A stretch of DNA of 64,000 nt, from NCBI GenBank assembly GCA_965223505.1, contig CBDCWP010000009.1, positions 1 through 64,000 on the forward strand, written 5' to 3'. Source of the stretch: Planctomycetota bacterium. GTDB taxonomy: Bacteria; Planctomycetota; PLA2; JAEUHO01. The notes under the pieces were generated by a model, which saw only the letters and a program-made list of their open reading frames with translations, ran no database searches and had not been told where the DNA came from. This document shows positions 52,061-61,669 of this stretch, piece by piece (the stretch's first letter is position 1; the number at the start of each line of letters is the position of its first letter). A program made the position numbers and the translations under genes.

Positions 52061-52980
52061 TTCAGCTTCACTTCCACCGTCTGAATCAAGAACAGCCCCT
52101 TGTGCGGGTCGTCGATCACCTTCGGGTAAACCTGTCCCGGCTCGGTCGCGAACGCGGCCTCGATGATCGCCGGAGGAACGTACGTCTCACCCCAACGCAT
52201 CCAGAAGTCCTTGTAGGTCTTGGGCTTCCCCGGCCTGCGCACCCAGAGAAGCCCGTCCTCCGCGCGGGTTTCCTTGTTCTCGGAGTACTTTCGCGCGAGA
52301 TCGGCGAAGTTCTCACCGGCGAGTGCGCGATCGAGGATCTTCTGCGCGTGCTGCGAAGCCTGAAAGTGAGTTCGCCATACCTTCGCATCCCACTTGACGA
52401 CGTCCTTCCCGAGGCCCGTGTGGACGATCGAGATCACCCGCAGCTTGACGCGTTGTTTCATCAACGTCTCGAAGCGCGCTTGCAGACGACGGCCGTCACT
52501 CTCCGAGACGCGGCGCGCGAACCAGAAGCCGCCCTGCCAGTCCACGATCGGTGTCAGCTCCCCCACCTCGGCGGCGAGGACCGCTCGGTCGCGATGGTCG
52601 AACGCACGCTCGCGCGTCAGCGGAATCGGAAAGTAGCCGTCCGCCATCCCCCCCGGCGCGTTGCTGTGCTCCCGCGCGAGATTCCCGAGGCTCTCCCCTT
52701 GTTCGACACGGCGCCGTAGCTCGCCCGCCAAGCGCCTCGCTTCGTCCTTCGATCGGTTCATGCGCCGGCCGACGCGGGCATGCGGCGGCGAAAGATAGGT
52801 CAGCCAGATCTCCTGCCCGTAATAGACCTTCCCGGCTTGGTCGGCGGGAATCGTCGGCGGCTCGTCGTCCGGCGCGGGAGCGCCCGTCGCGGCGTTTCCG
52901 TCCGGCCCGCAGCCGGCCACCGAGAGGAGGACCAGCAGGCAGGCGAACCGCCGGATCTTCAGCGTGGTCGAGACGGGCAT
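52057..52980 (-). CDS. Two-domain parvulin-type peptidylprolyl isomerase lipoprotein
   Basis: Lipobox VAGC; GESLGNLAREHS and GENFADLARKYSE; AAFATEPGQV. Confidence 0.8.
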   Translation of the reverse strand: MPVSTTLKIRRFACLLVLLSVAGCGPDGNAATGAPAPDDEPPTIPADQAGKVYYGQEIWLTYLSPPHARVGRRMNRSKDEARRLAGELRRRVEQGESLGNLAREHSNAPGGMADGYFPIPLTRERAFDHRDRAVLAAEVGELTPIVDWQGGFWFARRVSESDGRRLQARFETLMKQRVKLRVISIVHTGLGKDVVKWDAKVWRTHFQASQHAQKILDRALAGENFADLARKYSENKETRAEDGLLWVRRPGKPKTYKDFWMRWGETYVPPAIIEAAFATEPGQVYPKVIDDPHKGLFLIQTVEVKLK

Positions 52981-53114
52981 GGCAGAACCTCGGTCGACGC
53001 GCGGACCCCCCGCATTGCGACGCCATTCTACGGGTTGCCGGGGCTCTCGCCGCAAGCCGCGACTCCGACCGACCGATCGGGTTTGAGTGGAGCCCCATCG
53101 GAGGGACCCCACCC

Positions 53115-53864
53115 ATGTTGCGCACCTGTTTCGTCGTCTTCACACTGGTCCTGATCGTCGCCCCCGCCGCATTCGCGGAGGATCGAGACGCCGCCCAGAT
53201 CGAGGCCAAACGGATCATCGAGAACCTCAAGTCGAAGGACGACGACGTGCGGGCCGAGGCCGCCACCGCGGCCCTCGGCTGCCAGCACACCTCGCTCGTC
53301 TCGCCGCTCATCAAGCGCCTGCGTGACGACAGCCATGCGGTACGTACGGGCGCGGCGGCGGCGTTGGGCGCCCGCAGCGACAAGAGCGACAAGCGCAAGG
53401 CCGCTGCCGCGCTCGCGGCGCGCATGCCCCAACTCGAGAAGGACCCCCTCGACAAGGACGAGCTGCTCGTCGTCATCCAGGCGCTGCAAGACCTGGCGCA
53501 GACCTCCTCGATCAAGCCGCTCCTGAAAGGCATGGACAAGGACACGGACGCGGACGTCAGGCGCGCTCGACTCATGGCGGTCGCGAACGTTCCCGATGCG
53601 GAAGCGATCGAGCGGCTGATCGGATTCCTCGATGCGGGGCGCAAGCGCGCTCGCAAGGGCGAACACCGCGCGGCCGTCGACGCGCTGCAGTGGGCCACCG
53701 GCGCGAAGGCGGGCGGCGGCGCTGACGGCTGGCGCGCGTGGTGGCGCGAGGCGAAGAAGACCTTCGATTTCGAGGCCGCGGCCAAGCGCCGCAAGGAGAC
53801 GGGGTCTTCCAACGCGCGCAAGAAGGGCGGCGACAAGAAGAACAATCGCAAGAAGAAGTCGTGA
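53115..53864 (+). CDS. Secreted HEAT-repeat protein
   Basis: Signal peptide (AAFA-E); DDVRAEAA, AVRTGAAAALG; WRAWW motif; Lys-rich tail. Confidence 0.75.
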   Translation: MLRTCFVVFTLVLIVAPAAFAEDRDAAQIEAKRIIENLKSKDDDVRAEAATAALGCQHTSLVSPLIKRLRDDSHAVRTGAAAALGARSDKSDKRKAAAALAARMPQLEKDPLDKDELLVVIQALQDLAQTSSIKPLLKGMDKDTDADVRRARLMAVANVPDAEAIERLIGFLDAGRKRARKGEHRAAVDALQWATGAKAGGGADGWRAWWREAKKTFDFEAAAKRRKETGSSNARKKGGDKKNNRKKKS

Positions 53865-53867
53865 GAC

Positions 53868-53890
53868 CCGTCCCTTATTCGTAGGGACGG
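53868..53890. repeat. Short GTAG-containing inverted repeat between convergent genes
   Basis: CCGTCCCT-TATTCGT-AGGGACGG hairpin overlapping the stop of the trmH-like gene. Confidence 0.45.
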
Positions 53891-54447
53891 CTCGATTCGC
53901 GCCGCGCCAGGATTTCGTACAGCACGACGCTCGCGCACGTGGCGATGTTCAGGCTGTTCGTGATGCCGTGCACCGGCAACTCCACGACCTCGTCGGCCAA
54001 CGCCACCAGCCCGTCCCGAACGCCCTCGCGCTCGTGCCCGAAGACCACGACGGTGCGCTCGCCGTAGTCGGCGTCGCGCCATGAGACCGTGCCTTCCCCC
54101 TGCTCGATCACGATGACGCGCCATCCTGCGTCTTTCTTCGCCCGTACGGCGGGAACGGGGTCCTCGACGTGCCGCCACGGGACGACGTCGAGACTCCCGC
54201 CCACGCCTGTCTTCTCGATCCGGTTGCCGGCCTTCTCGCTCACACCCGGATACGGAGTGATCCCGGCCAGCCAGAGAGCGCGGACGTTCACGCAGTCGCA
54301 CAGCCGAAACATCAAGCCGACGTTGTACGCGCTGCGCACGTTGTCCAACACCACGATCGCGTCCATCCGGCCGGCCGCTCGCTCGGCGGTCGTCGGCCGC
54401 GCGTCGACGAGCTCATCCGTCGTCATTCGGCGGAATCGAAGGGACAT
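53875..54447 (-). CDS. SpoU/TrmH family RNA methyltransferase
   Basis: VVLDNVRSAYNVG, VFGHEREGV, SLNIA. Confidence 0.9.
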   Translation of the reverse strand: MSLRFRRMTTDELVDARPTTAERAAGRMDAIVVLDNVRSAYNVGLMFRLCDCVNVRALWLAGITPYPGVSEKAGNRIEKTGVGGSLDVVPWRHVEDPVPAVRAKKDAGWRVIVIEQGEGTVSWRDADYGERTVVVFGHEREGVRDGLVALADEVVELPVHGITNSLNIATCASVVLYEILARRESSRPYE

Positions 54448-54533
54448 GGTTGCGTCTCCACGCGTTCCTCGTGATTGCCGTGGGGTGAATCGCCAAGTAG
54501 GCTACCCAATCACCGTTGTGAACAGAGAAAGAG

Positions 54534-55076
54534 ATGAGTGGCGAAGAGCAAACACCGTCGATACCCGCTGAGTTGCCGCTCTTTGCCTACGGCACGCTGA
54601 AGACCGGGTTCAAGAACCACGAGCACTACTGCCGCGGCGCCAAGCTGTCCGCGCACGGTCGCGCCTGGGGCCGGCTCTACCGTCTGCATCCGAACGTTCC
54701 GACGCTGGAAGTGCCCGAGGCGACCGTGCTTTTGCGGGGCAGCGCCGACTACGCGAAGGACCTCGACGCCCTGCAGGAGCTCGCGGAGGATCCGCCTCCG
54801 TTCGACTGGAGCTCGTACCGCGCAGGAAGGGGATGGCGGCTGATCGAGGGCGAGCTGTTGACCTTCCCCGATCCGATGGAGCGGATCGGGATCCTCGATG
54901 CCGTCGAGGGCTTCCATCCGCGAACGCCCGAGTACTACGAGCGGATCCTGATTCCGCTGCAAACGGGAGCGGCGGACCGTCCGCTCGGATGGACGTTCGC
55001 GTGGACCTACGCCCTGCCCGCCGGCGAGGAGCCGCCCGGCAAGGTGCTCTCCATGAACGAGTGGAAGTCGTCCTAG
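54534..55076 (+). CDS. Gamma-glutamylcyclotransferase family protein
   Basis: LFAYGTLKTG, IEGEL, LDAVEG, YER, AWTY. Confidence 0.85.
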   Translation: MSGEEQTPSIPAELPLFAYGTLKTGFKNHEHYCRGAKLSAHGRAWGRLYRLHPNVPTLEVPEATVLLRGSADYAKDLDALQELAEDPPPFDWSSYRAGRGWRLIEGELLTFPDPMERIGILDAVEGFHPRTPEYYERILIPLQTGAADRPLGWTFAWTYALPAGEEPPGKVLSMNEWKSS

Positions 55077-55085
55077 GCGGGCGGC

Positions 55086-55997
55086 GTGGCCAGCGCACAG
55101 GCATTCCGCAACGCACCGGACGCGGCGTACTATGAGGCGGGCGGCGACGTCCCCGAAGCGGTCTCGCGTGAGCAGGTAAAGACGACCCGGCATTGGTTGC
55201 TCGAACGTGTCCACGTTCCGGCTCGCGTTCCCGGCGACCTGGCGATCGTGCCGCGGTCCACGGATGCGATCGAGCTCCTGCACTGGAAGCCGCGCGTCGC
55301 CGCGAGCCGCAAGCGCCCGCTGATCCTGATGTCGCCGATCCTGGGCAACACCACGATGCTCGTCGATCGATTTGCCGCGTACTTCGCGCGTGTCGGATTC
55401 CACGCGGTGATCGTTCAGCGCAAGGAGCTCGACTTCCATCCGACCCAGTCACTCGAGCTGGCCGAGGCGGAGTACCGGACGCTGGTGATGCGAAGCAGGC
55501 AGGCACTCGACTGGCTGATCGAACAGGAGGGCATCGACGAAACGCGACTGGGGACCTTCGGCGTCAGCGCCGGCGCCATCATCAGCAGCTTGGTTGCCGG
55601 TGCGGACTCGCGGCTTCGGGGGCATGTTTGGATGTTGCCCGGCGCGCCGCTCTCCGACGTGATGATCGACACGGTCGAAGACCCGTTTCGCACCTACGTG
55701 CGGGACACGATGAAGGCCACGGGGCTGAACAAGGGCCAGCTGCGCGAACGGCTCACGGAGATCATGGTGACCGACCCGCTGATCCTCGCGGATCGCGTAG
55801 ACACGAGCCGCGTGCTGCTCTTCCTGGCGCGGTTCGATCGCTCGGTGCCCACGGCCTCGGGGCTCGCGCTGTGGAAGGCGCTGGGGCGCCCTGAGCTCGT
55901 GATGATGCCCACCGGGCACTACACGACCTTCGTCGTGCTGCCGTGGCTCAAACGCCGCGCGCGCGCGCACTTCGAGCGAGTACTCGGCGGCCCGTAG
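55086..55997 (+). CDS. Alpha/beta hydrolase
   Basis: GVSAG nucleophile, FDRSVP, TGHYT. Confidence 0.8.
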   Translation: MASAQAFRNAPDAAYYEAGGDVPEAVSREQVKTTRHWLLERVHVPARVPGDLAIVPRSTDAIELLHWKPRVAASRKRPLILMSPILGNTTMLVDRFAAYFARVGFHAVIVQRKELDFHPTQSLELAEAEYRTLVMRSRQALDWLIEQEGIDETRLGTFGVSAGAIISSLVAGADSRLRGHVWMLPGAPLSDVMIDTVEDPFRTYVRDTMKATGLNKGQLRERLTEIMVTDPLILADRVDTSRVLLFLARFDRSVPTASGLALWKALGRPELVMMPTGHYTTFVVLPWLKRRARAHFERVLGGP

Positions 55998-56075
55998 CGC
56001 CTGGAATGCCGACGGCGGCCGCCCCGTCGAGCGGCCGCCGTCGCGGTGTGTCGTCGGTCTCGGTTCGAAGGAGCG

Positions 56076-59000
56076 CTAGTCGCGACAGTCGAGCCAGACG
56101 TTCTTGTCGTGGGCGCAGTCATCGAGCTCCGCCCAGATCAGCAGGTCTTGTGGCACACCCGTCACGTCGTGCCAGCAGTCGCACTCGAAATCGATGCGAA
56201 CCCTCGCGCGCCAATGGTCGCCGCTGACGCGCCAGATCTTGGCAACCTTCAGGAACCCGTCGCGCTTGCCGTCGTCCCAGTGGTCGCCGTCGAACTCGAC
56301 GCGGATATCCGCCAGGACCTTCGAGCCGTCCTTCGCCTTCACACGGAAGGTGTGGTCGTCTCGATCACCAATCCAGAAGTCGATGACGCAGAGCTCACGC
56401 ATCTCCGTGCTCTCACACGGCTCGCACCAGCGCCAGGACTCCCAGCTCCAGGTGTCGACGACGAGGAAGCTCGCGTCGTACTTACAGTCGTTCCAATCGT
56501 CGCGCACTTGCCGCAGCCACCAGTCCTTGTCCTTCGACAAGTCGCACTCGGGCATCTCAGGACAGCCATCGGTCCAGTCGAACATGGCGCCCGGCCGGAG
56601 GTGCTCGCAGCGGAAGATCGCGCACCCTTCCTTCTCACATCCGTTGATTTCGACAGCGACACGGCGCTCGCGGTCGCCGAATCGCCCCTTGTAGAACCAG
56701 TCCTTCTGGGCGATCAGCTTGAGCGTGACGGTCGCGATGCCGTTGCGCACCACGACGTTCTCGACGATCAACACGCCGTCGTGCCCGACCTGCCGGCCCG
56801 GGAACGCACCCTTCCACTCGACCCAGACACTGTCGAGCTCGTCGGACCACGGCGAGCAGCCGTCGCGGAAGTCCGCGCCCAGCTGGAAGCAGTCTTCGTC
56901 GCCCACCCAGATCTTGGTTTCGAGCGTGACCTCGTGCAGGTCGCCCTCGCAGCAGGGGTTGTTCGGGCACTTCTCGCAGTAGCAATAGGTCGCCCAGAGC
57001 GTCTCACACGGCTCGAGACAGAGCGTGGTGATCTCACTCTCACCCTCGCAAGGCTCCCAGTCCTTCAGTTGCGGTTGATCCTTGGAGACGCAGACGTCGT
57101 AGCAGCCGGGCGGGAGGCTCCAGCAGCAAACGCCCCACCTGTCGGTGAAGCCGGTCGAGATGACCTTGTCCGATCCCTTGCGCTTGATGTCGACCTTGAT
57201 CCACTCGAGGTTCGTGTCGACGCCCTCATCGAACTTGTCGTCACACTTGCCCTTCGGCTGGCCGAAGACGCGGACACAGATCCACTGCTCACACTTGCAG
57301 TAGCGGAAATCCTTGTCGCGGCAGCTGACGCCGCACTCCACCGTCGGCGTGTAGACCTTCGGGTCCTGCAAGATGTAGCTCGCGTTGCCCGGACCCTGGA
57401 GGATCCGGACCTCGACCTCGCCGGTCGGAACGTTCTCGAAGCAGTAGAGACCATCCGCATCGGTCGTCGTGGTGTCCCGGTAGCCGACGTCCAGCGCGAA
57501 GCCGCCGATCCCGATGATCTCGACGACCACGCCCTCGAGGCAGAGGTCCCCCTCCTTCATCCAGAACATGCCGTCGCAATCGCAATCGAGCCAGACCTTG
57601 CCGCACACCTCCTGGCAGCAGTACCCGAACTCGACGCGCTCTTCCTCGCCGCAATCGATCGTGACACACTGCTTGCGCTCACCCTTGCACAGGCACCAAT
57701 ACTGGCGCAGCTCGAAGGTGTCCTCGATCTCGACGCAGTAGTCACCCGGCAAGAGCCCCTTGACCTTGACGCAACCGAAGGCGTCGGTCTCGAGATCCTG
57801 GATGAAGGTGCCGTTCGCGTCCGTCAGGACGAGACGAGCCTTGTTGATCGGAATGTCGCCGTCGTCGAACCGACAGTCGCACTCATCGACCGGCTCCTTC
57901 CAGACCTGGATCTTGATCGAGCCCAGCGGGCAGACCAGGAACTCGACGCGCGCCGCGCCCCCGTCGGGACAGACGACCGTCTTGCTCCGATCGGAGCACA
58001 GGCGCTTGTCCGCGGGTACGGAGCTCTCGTCGATGGTCACCGTGTAGGTGCCGGGAACGAGGTTCAGGAACTCAACGCAGCCGTCGGCGTCGGTCGTGCC
58101 CATCCGGTCGCCGGGGCTGAGCATGATCTTCACGCCGGGAACGCCCGGCTCGCCGGGCTCACAGACGCCGTCGCAGTCCGCGTCGCAGCAGACCTTGACC
58201 TTGATGTCGCAGGTCGGCGGCGGCTCGCAGCAGTAGCCGAAGTTGTTGTCGACCGACATGTCGACCTTGCCCAGTTCGACGAGATGCGAGCTCGGGAACG
58301 GACCGGCGGGATCACAGAAGACCTCGCCCGGAGGCGGCAACGGATCCGTCAGGATCGTGACGGTGTAGTTGCCGGGCGGCAGGTCGTAGTCGTCGTCGCT
58401 GAAGCAGTAGAACCCGTTGGCGTCCGTCACCTCGGTGAACCCGCCGGGATTGAGCTGGACCACCGCACCCGGAAGCGGGCTTTGCGGCGGGTTGGGCGGA
58501 ACGCCGTTGAGCGGTCCCGGACCGCCGACCGAGGTCACCGCCGGGCCGCAGTACACCGTGCCGCAGATCGACACCGGACAGGTGAGCTGGAAGAAGCAAT
58601 CCTGTTGCTCTCCGCCTGGCACCACCTCGATCATGCAGCAGCCGTCGAGCGGGTTCAGGAACGAGGAGCCCGGCGCGAGCGACGCCGGGTCGATACACAG
58701 GTTGTACTCGCCGAACGGGAGTTGGTTGCCGTTCTCGTCGTCGAGGCAGATCTCGCCGTTCAGGTCCGTCGAGACCTGGCGGATCGTCTGGTTCGTGCCC
58801 TTGTCGATCACGTCGACCAGGATGCCGGCGCAGGGCACGTCGACGCCCTCGTCGAACTCGCTGTTCCCCGGCTTCGGACGGCTGCGCTCGCACCAGATCT
58901 TGATGAAGACTTTGGGCGTGTCGCAGTCGTAGATGAAGTCGATGCCCGTGACCTCGGTCATCTGACCGGTCGGCGGCACCGTGACCTCGCGCGGGTTGTC

Positions 59001-61256
59001 GTTGTTCGGGCAGTTGGAGAGCACGATCGTCGTGTTCGGCGGCGGCGTCACGGAGACCGTGACGTCGTAGGTCTCGCCGGGTGTGAGCGGCTCGTCGGCG
59101 CTCGATATGAACTCCCAGCACGTCGTGAAGTCGCCGATGGTCACGGGGTACGTCGCTTCGTAGCTCGACGCGTTCCCGTCGATCGGCAGATCGCCGCCGG
59201 AGATCGTGACCGTGACGAGCGTGCCCAACGGCAAGTCCTCGTCACCGATGCAGTCGCCGTCGGTGTCGCAGACCAAGCACCCGCTGAGCTTGATCGGGCA
59301 CTCGTAGATGAACGTGCAGGGCGGCAGCTTCGGCGGCAGCGACTCGGGTGTGTTGATCACGCACGGGTTCTCGTTGCCGGGACAGTCTTCCGGCGATTTG
59401 AGCGCCGGCATCGTCACGGTGGACGACGGCACGCCGTCGACCGTGACGGTGACGTTGTAGACGGCATTGGGCTCGAGCTCGCCGCTGGTGAACTCGTAGC
59501 AGTCCGTGTCGGGGTTCAGCGTAAGCTCCACGCCGCCGCCCAGACCCGGCCCCGTCGCGGTCACGACGATGGTCTTGCCGGGGAAGACGACGTGCAGCGG
59601 TCGGTCGATCTCGCAGTCGCCGTCGTCGTCGCAGCCCAGGCAGGCCTCGATCGTCGTGTCGCAATCCTCCGGCGTCGTGCCGAAGTCTTCGCTCATTTTC
59701 AGGAAGATGAAGTTGCCCGCATCGACTTCGGCGAAGCGCACCGACCACAGGTTGTTCGCGCCGGGGTTCGCCTTGAAGTGATCCTTGTCGAGCGGAATGT
59801 TCAGGTACTGATCGTCGCCGTCCGTGGTCCATGCGTCGGCGCCGGCGCCGTTGTCGAGCACCTGGATCGCCAGGACCTGGTCCTGCCTGTCGTTGTTCAC
59901 CGAAGCGTGAATCGGCTGGAGTCCGTTCGTCGGTTGCAGACGCATGCCGGTCGCGAGGGGATGCAGCGGCTCGGACGAGTAGGCGACGCCGTTGAAGCCA
60001 GCAGCGAAGGGATCCGACACCGGGGTCGGTGTGATCGCCCAACGCACCGCGTCGCCGATGCGAAACGCCGTGTTGTCTCGGAGGTCCGTGACCGCCTCGC
60101 CGCCCATCCCGAACGCGAGCTGCGAGTGGCAGCCGCTTTCCAGGTTCGGGTCGGGATTGGGGTCGTTCGCCACACCGCCGTGGTCGGCCGGGATCCCGAA
60201 GTTCTCGAAGTCACAGTCGGGATCGTTCGCCTCGTTCTCGTCCCTCAAGATCGGAGGGTTCCAGTCCGCGTCCGACTCGCCGAAGATGAACGTGTCGGGG
60301 CAGATGACGCGCGTGTTGTGGAAGAAGAAGTCGAAGGTGCCGTCGTACTGGTTGATGCCACCGGAGGGCGGCGGAAGCGGTTCGCCGGGCATGGGATCCA
60401 TGGTCTGGCCCTGCGGAACCTGGCCCTGGTTGATGAAGGGATAGCGCTGGTCGATGATGCCGCCGGAGAAGCCGAGGATGCTCCCACCCGGAATGAGATA
60501 CGTACTGTTGAACGCCACCTTGTGTCCGCAGCGTTCCGTGCCCTGAAGCAGGCCGCCCGGGAACGCGGGCAAGAGCGAGATGACCATGACGAACTTGTAC
60601 GACGACGCGTCGTCCGGACGCGCATTACCGCCGAACTGGTTGTCGACGAGCGTCTCGAAGGCGGCCGGTTCCATGTCGAAGAACGCCGCCCACGCGTTGT
60701 CGGGCGAGGCGTCGGACGACGTCTCGAGCAGACGCGTGATGCGGTTCGGCAGCGCGTCGTACTGGGGCGTTTCCGTACACCACTCGGTGACCGCCGCCGC
60801 CACGTCCATCCCGTCCTGCTTGTCCAAGAACAGGTCGAACTGCACGCGCGGGTGCTGCAGCAGGACACTGTCCGGAGCGAACTGATCCCACTTGCCTGTC
60901 ACGTTTGGATCGAACAGCGCGATCTGCATCGGCGTGTCGTCGGCGCCCGGACGCTCGAAGTCGAGCTTGATGATCGTTCGAACCGGCTGGTCGACGAGCA
61001 TGCCCCCCGCGTTCTTGCACTGCTCGCCCGTCGTGTTGTTCCCAAGCCCCGAAAGCACGAGGAACTTCGCGCTGTTCTCGTCCTTGTCGGGCAAAGCCTG
61101 GAAGGAGGCGTCGGCGATGACGGTGTCGGTCGATGTCTCGAAGTTGTTGTTGTTGTCGACACGATCCGGATCGGGATCCGCCGCATCGGCAGGCAGCCCT
61201 CCCAGCACGATCGGAAGCGCGATCGCCGCGACGACAATGAATAGACGATTGACCAT
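56076..61256 (-). CDS. Giant secreted Cys-rich protein with SdrD-B/Cna-B-like repeats (~1726 aa)
   Basis: GGAGGAG RBS; signal peptide MVNRLFIVVAAIALPIVLGGLPADA; repeats such as DADCDGVCEPGEPGVPGVKI and TTTDADGLYCFENVPTG; about 90 Cys by hand count. Confidence 0.85.
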   Translation of the reverse strand: MVNRLFIVVAAIALPIVLGGLPADAADPDPDRVDNNNNFETSTDTVIADASFQALPDKDENSAKFLVLSGLGNNTTGEQCKNAGGMLVDQPVRTIIKLDFERPGADDTPMQIALFDPNVTGKWDQFAPDSVLLQHPRVQFDLFLDKQDGMDVAAAVTEWCTETPQYDALPNRITRLLETSSDASPDNAWAAFFDMEPAAFETLVDNQFGGNARPDDASSYKFVMVISLLPAFPGGLLQGTERCGHKVAFNSTYLIPGGSILGFSGGIIDQRYPFINQGQVPQGQTMDPMPGEPLPPPSGGINQYDGTFDFFFHNTRVICPDTFIFGESDADWNPPILRDENEANDPDCDFENFGIPADHGGVANDPNPDPNLESGCHSQLAFGMGGEAVTDLRDNTAFRIGDAVRWAITPTPVSDPFAAGFNGVAYSSEPLHPLATGMRLQPTNGLQPIHASVNNDRQDQVLAIQVLDNGAGADAWTTDGDDQYLNIPLDKDHFKANPGANNLWSVRFAEVDAGNFIFLKMSEDFGTTPEDCDTTIEACLGCDDDGDCEIDRPLHVVFPGKTIVVTATGPGLGGGVELTLNPDTDCYEFTSGELEPNAVYNVTVTVDGVPSSTVTMPALKSPEDCPGNENPCVINTPESLPPKLPPCTFIYECPIKLSGCLVCDTDGDCIGDEDLPLGTLVTVTISGGDLPIDGNASSYEATYPVTIGDFTTCWEFISSADEPLTPGETYDVTVSVTPPPNTTIVLSNCPNNDNPREVTVPPTGQMTEVTGIDFIYDCDTPKVFIKIWCERSRPKPGNSEFDEGVDVPCAGILVDVIDKGTNQTIRQVSTDLNGEICLDDENGNQLPFGEYNLCIDPASLAPGSSFLNPLDGCCMIEVVPGGEQQDCFFQLTCPVSICGTVYCGPAVTSVGGPGPLNGVPPNPPQSPLPGAVVQLNPGGFTEVTDANGFYCFSDDDYDLPPGNYTVTILTDPLPPPGEVFCDPAGPFPSSHLVELGKVDMSVDNNFGYCCEPPPTCDIKVKVCCDADCDGVCEPGEPGVPGVKIMLSPGDRMGTTDADGCVEFLNLVPGTYTVTIDESSVPADKRLCSDRSKTVVCPDGGAARVEFLVCPLGSIKIQVWKEPVDECDCRFDDGDIPINKARLVLTDANGTFIQDLETDAFGCVKVKGLLPGDYCVEIEDTFELRQYWCLCKGERKQCVTIDCGEEERVEFGYCCQEVCGKVWLDCDCDGMFWMKEGDLCLEGVVVEIIGIGGFALDVGYRDTTTTDADGLYCFENVPTGEVEVRILQGPGNASYILQDPKVYTPTVECGVSCRDKDFRYCKCEQWICVRVFGQPKGKCDDKFDEGVDTNLEWIKVDIKRKGSDKVISTGFTDRWGVCCWSLPPGCYDVCVSKDQPQLKDWEPCEGESEITTLCLEPCETLWATYCYCEKCPNNPCCEGDLHEVTLETKIWVGDEDCFQLGADFRDGCSPWSDELDSVWVEWKGAFPGRQVGHDGVLIVENVVVRNGIATVTLKLIAQKDWFYKGRFGDRERRVAVEINGCEKEGCAIFRCEHLRPGAMFDWTDGCPEMPECDLSKDKDWWLRQVRDDWNDCKYDASFLVVDTWSWESWRWCEPCESTEMRELCVIDFWIGDRDDHTFRVKAKDGSKVLADIRVEFDGDHWDDGKRDGFLKVAKIWRVSGDHWRARVRIDFECDCWHDVTGVPQDLLIWAELDDCAHDKNVWLDCRD

Positions 61257-61615
61257 CTGCGTTCTCCTCCGCATCCCCTGCGGCAGCTCGCCGGCCCGAA
61301 TGAGGACCTCTGTCTCGCGCATTCGATGCACCTGGGATGCCGAACGACCTTCGCTTCCGGCTGCGCACACAAGTACCTGCCTGATCGAAGCTTGTGATCC
61401 CCCGGTGATCACCAAGCCGAACACCGTGTCCAAAAAGAACAGCGCGCGTTCAAGTTCTGCGACGGCCCCCATCCGGCAGGGCGCTGCGGGCAATACTGCG
61501 GAAAACCTGACAAGGAAGCCAGCGTTTTCGATGAATCGCGATTGGGCGCCTCGGGACGGGACGCCGGGCGCCGCGCTCGCCGCGGGGCCGCGGCCCGACA
61601 CAGCTGAAATTGCAA

Positions 61616-61643
61616 GAAGGGCGGGCTCGAAAGCCCGCCCTTC
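61616..61643 (-). terminator. Rho-independent terminator after the OmcB-like gene
   Basis: GAAGGGCGGGCT-CGAA-AGCCCGCCCTTC perfect 12-bp stem; TTGCAATTT follows on the minus strand. Confidence 0.75.
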
Positions 61644-61669
61644 CGCAGATGTCTCGGACGTGCTGCGCG

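Noticed and set aside
56046..61244. 1732-aa plus-strand ORF and many other long antisense or alternate-frame ORFs
   Set aside because: These are shadows of real genes caused by high-GC codon bias; the translations are Arg/Ala-rich and lack motifs.
61270..61345. Firm call of a c-di-GMP-I riboswitch
   Set aside because: Only the 3' end resembles the motif and the conserved core is missing; kept only as a low-interest leader finding.
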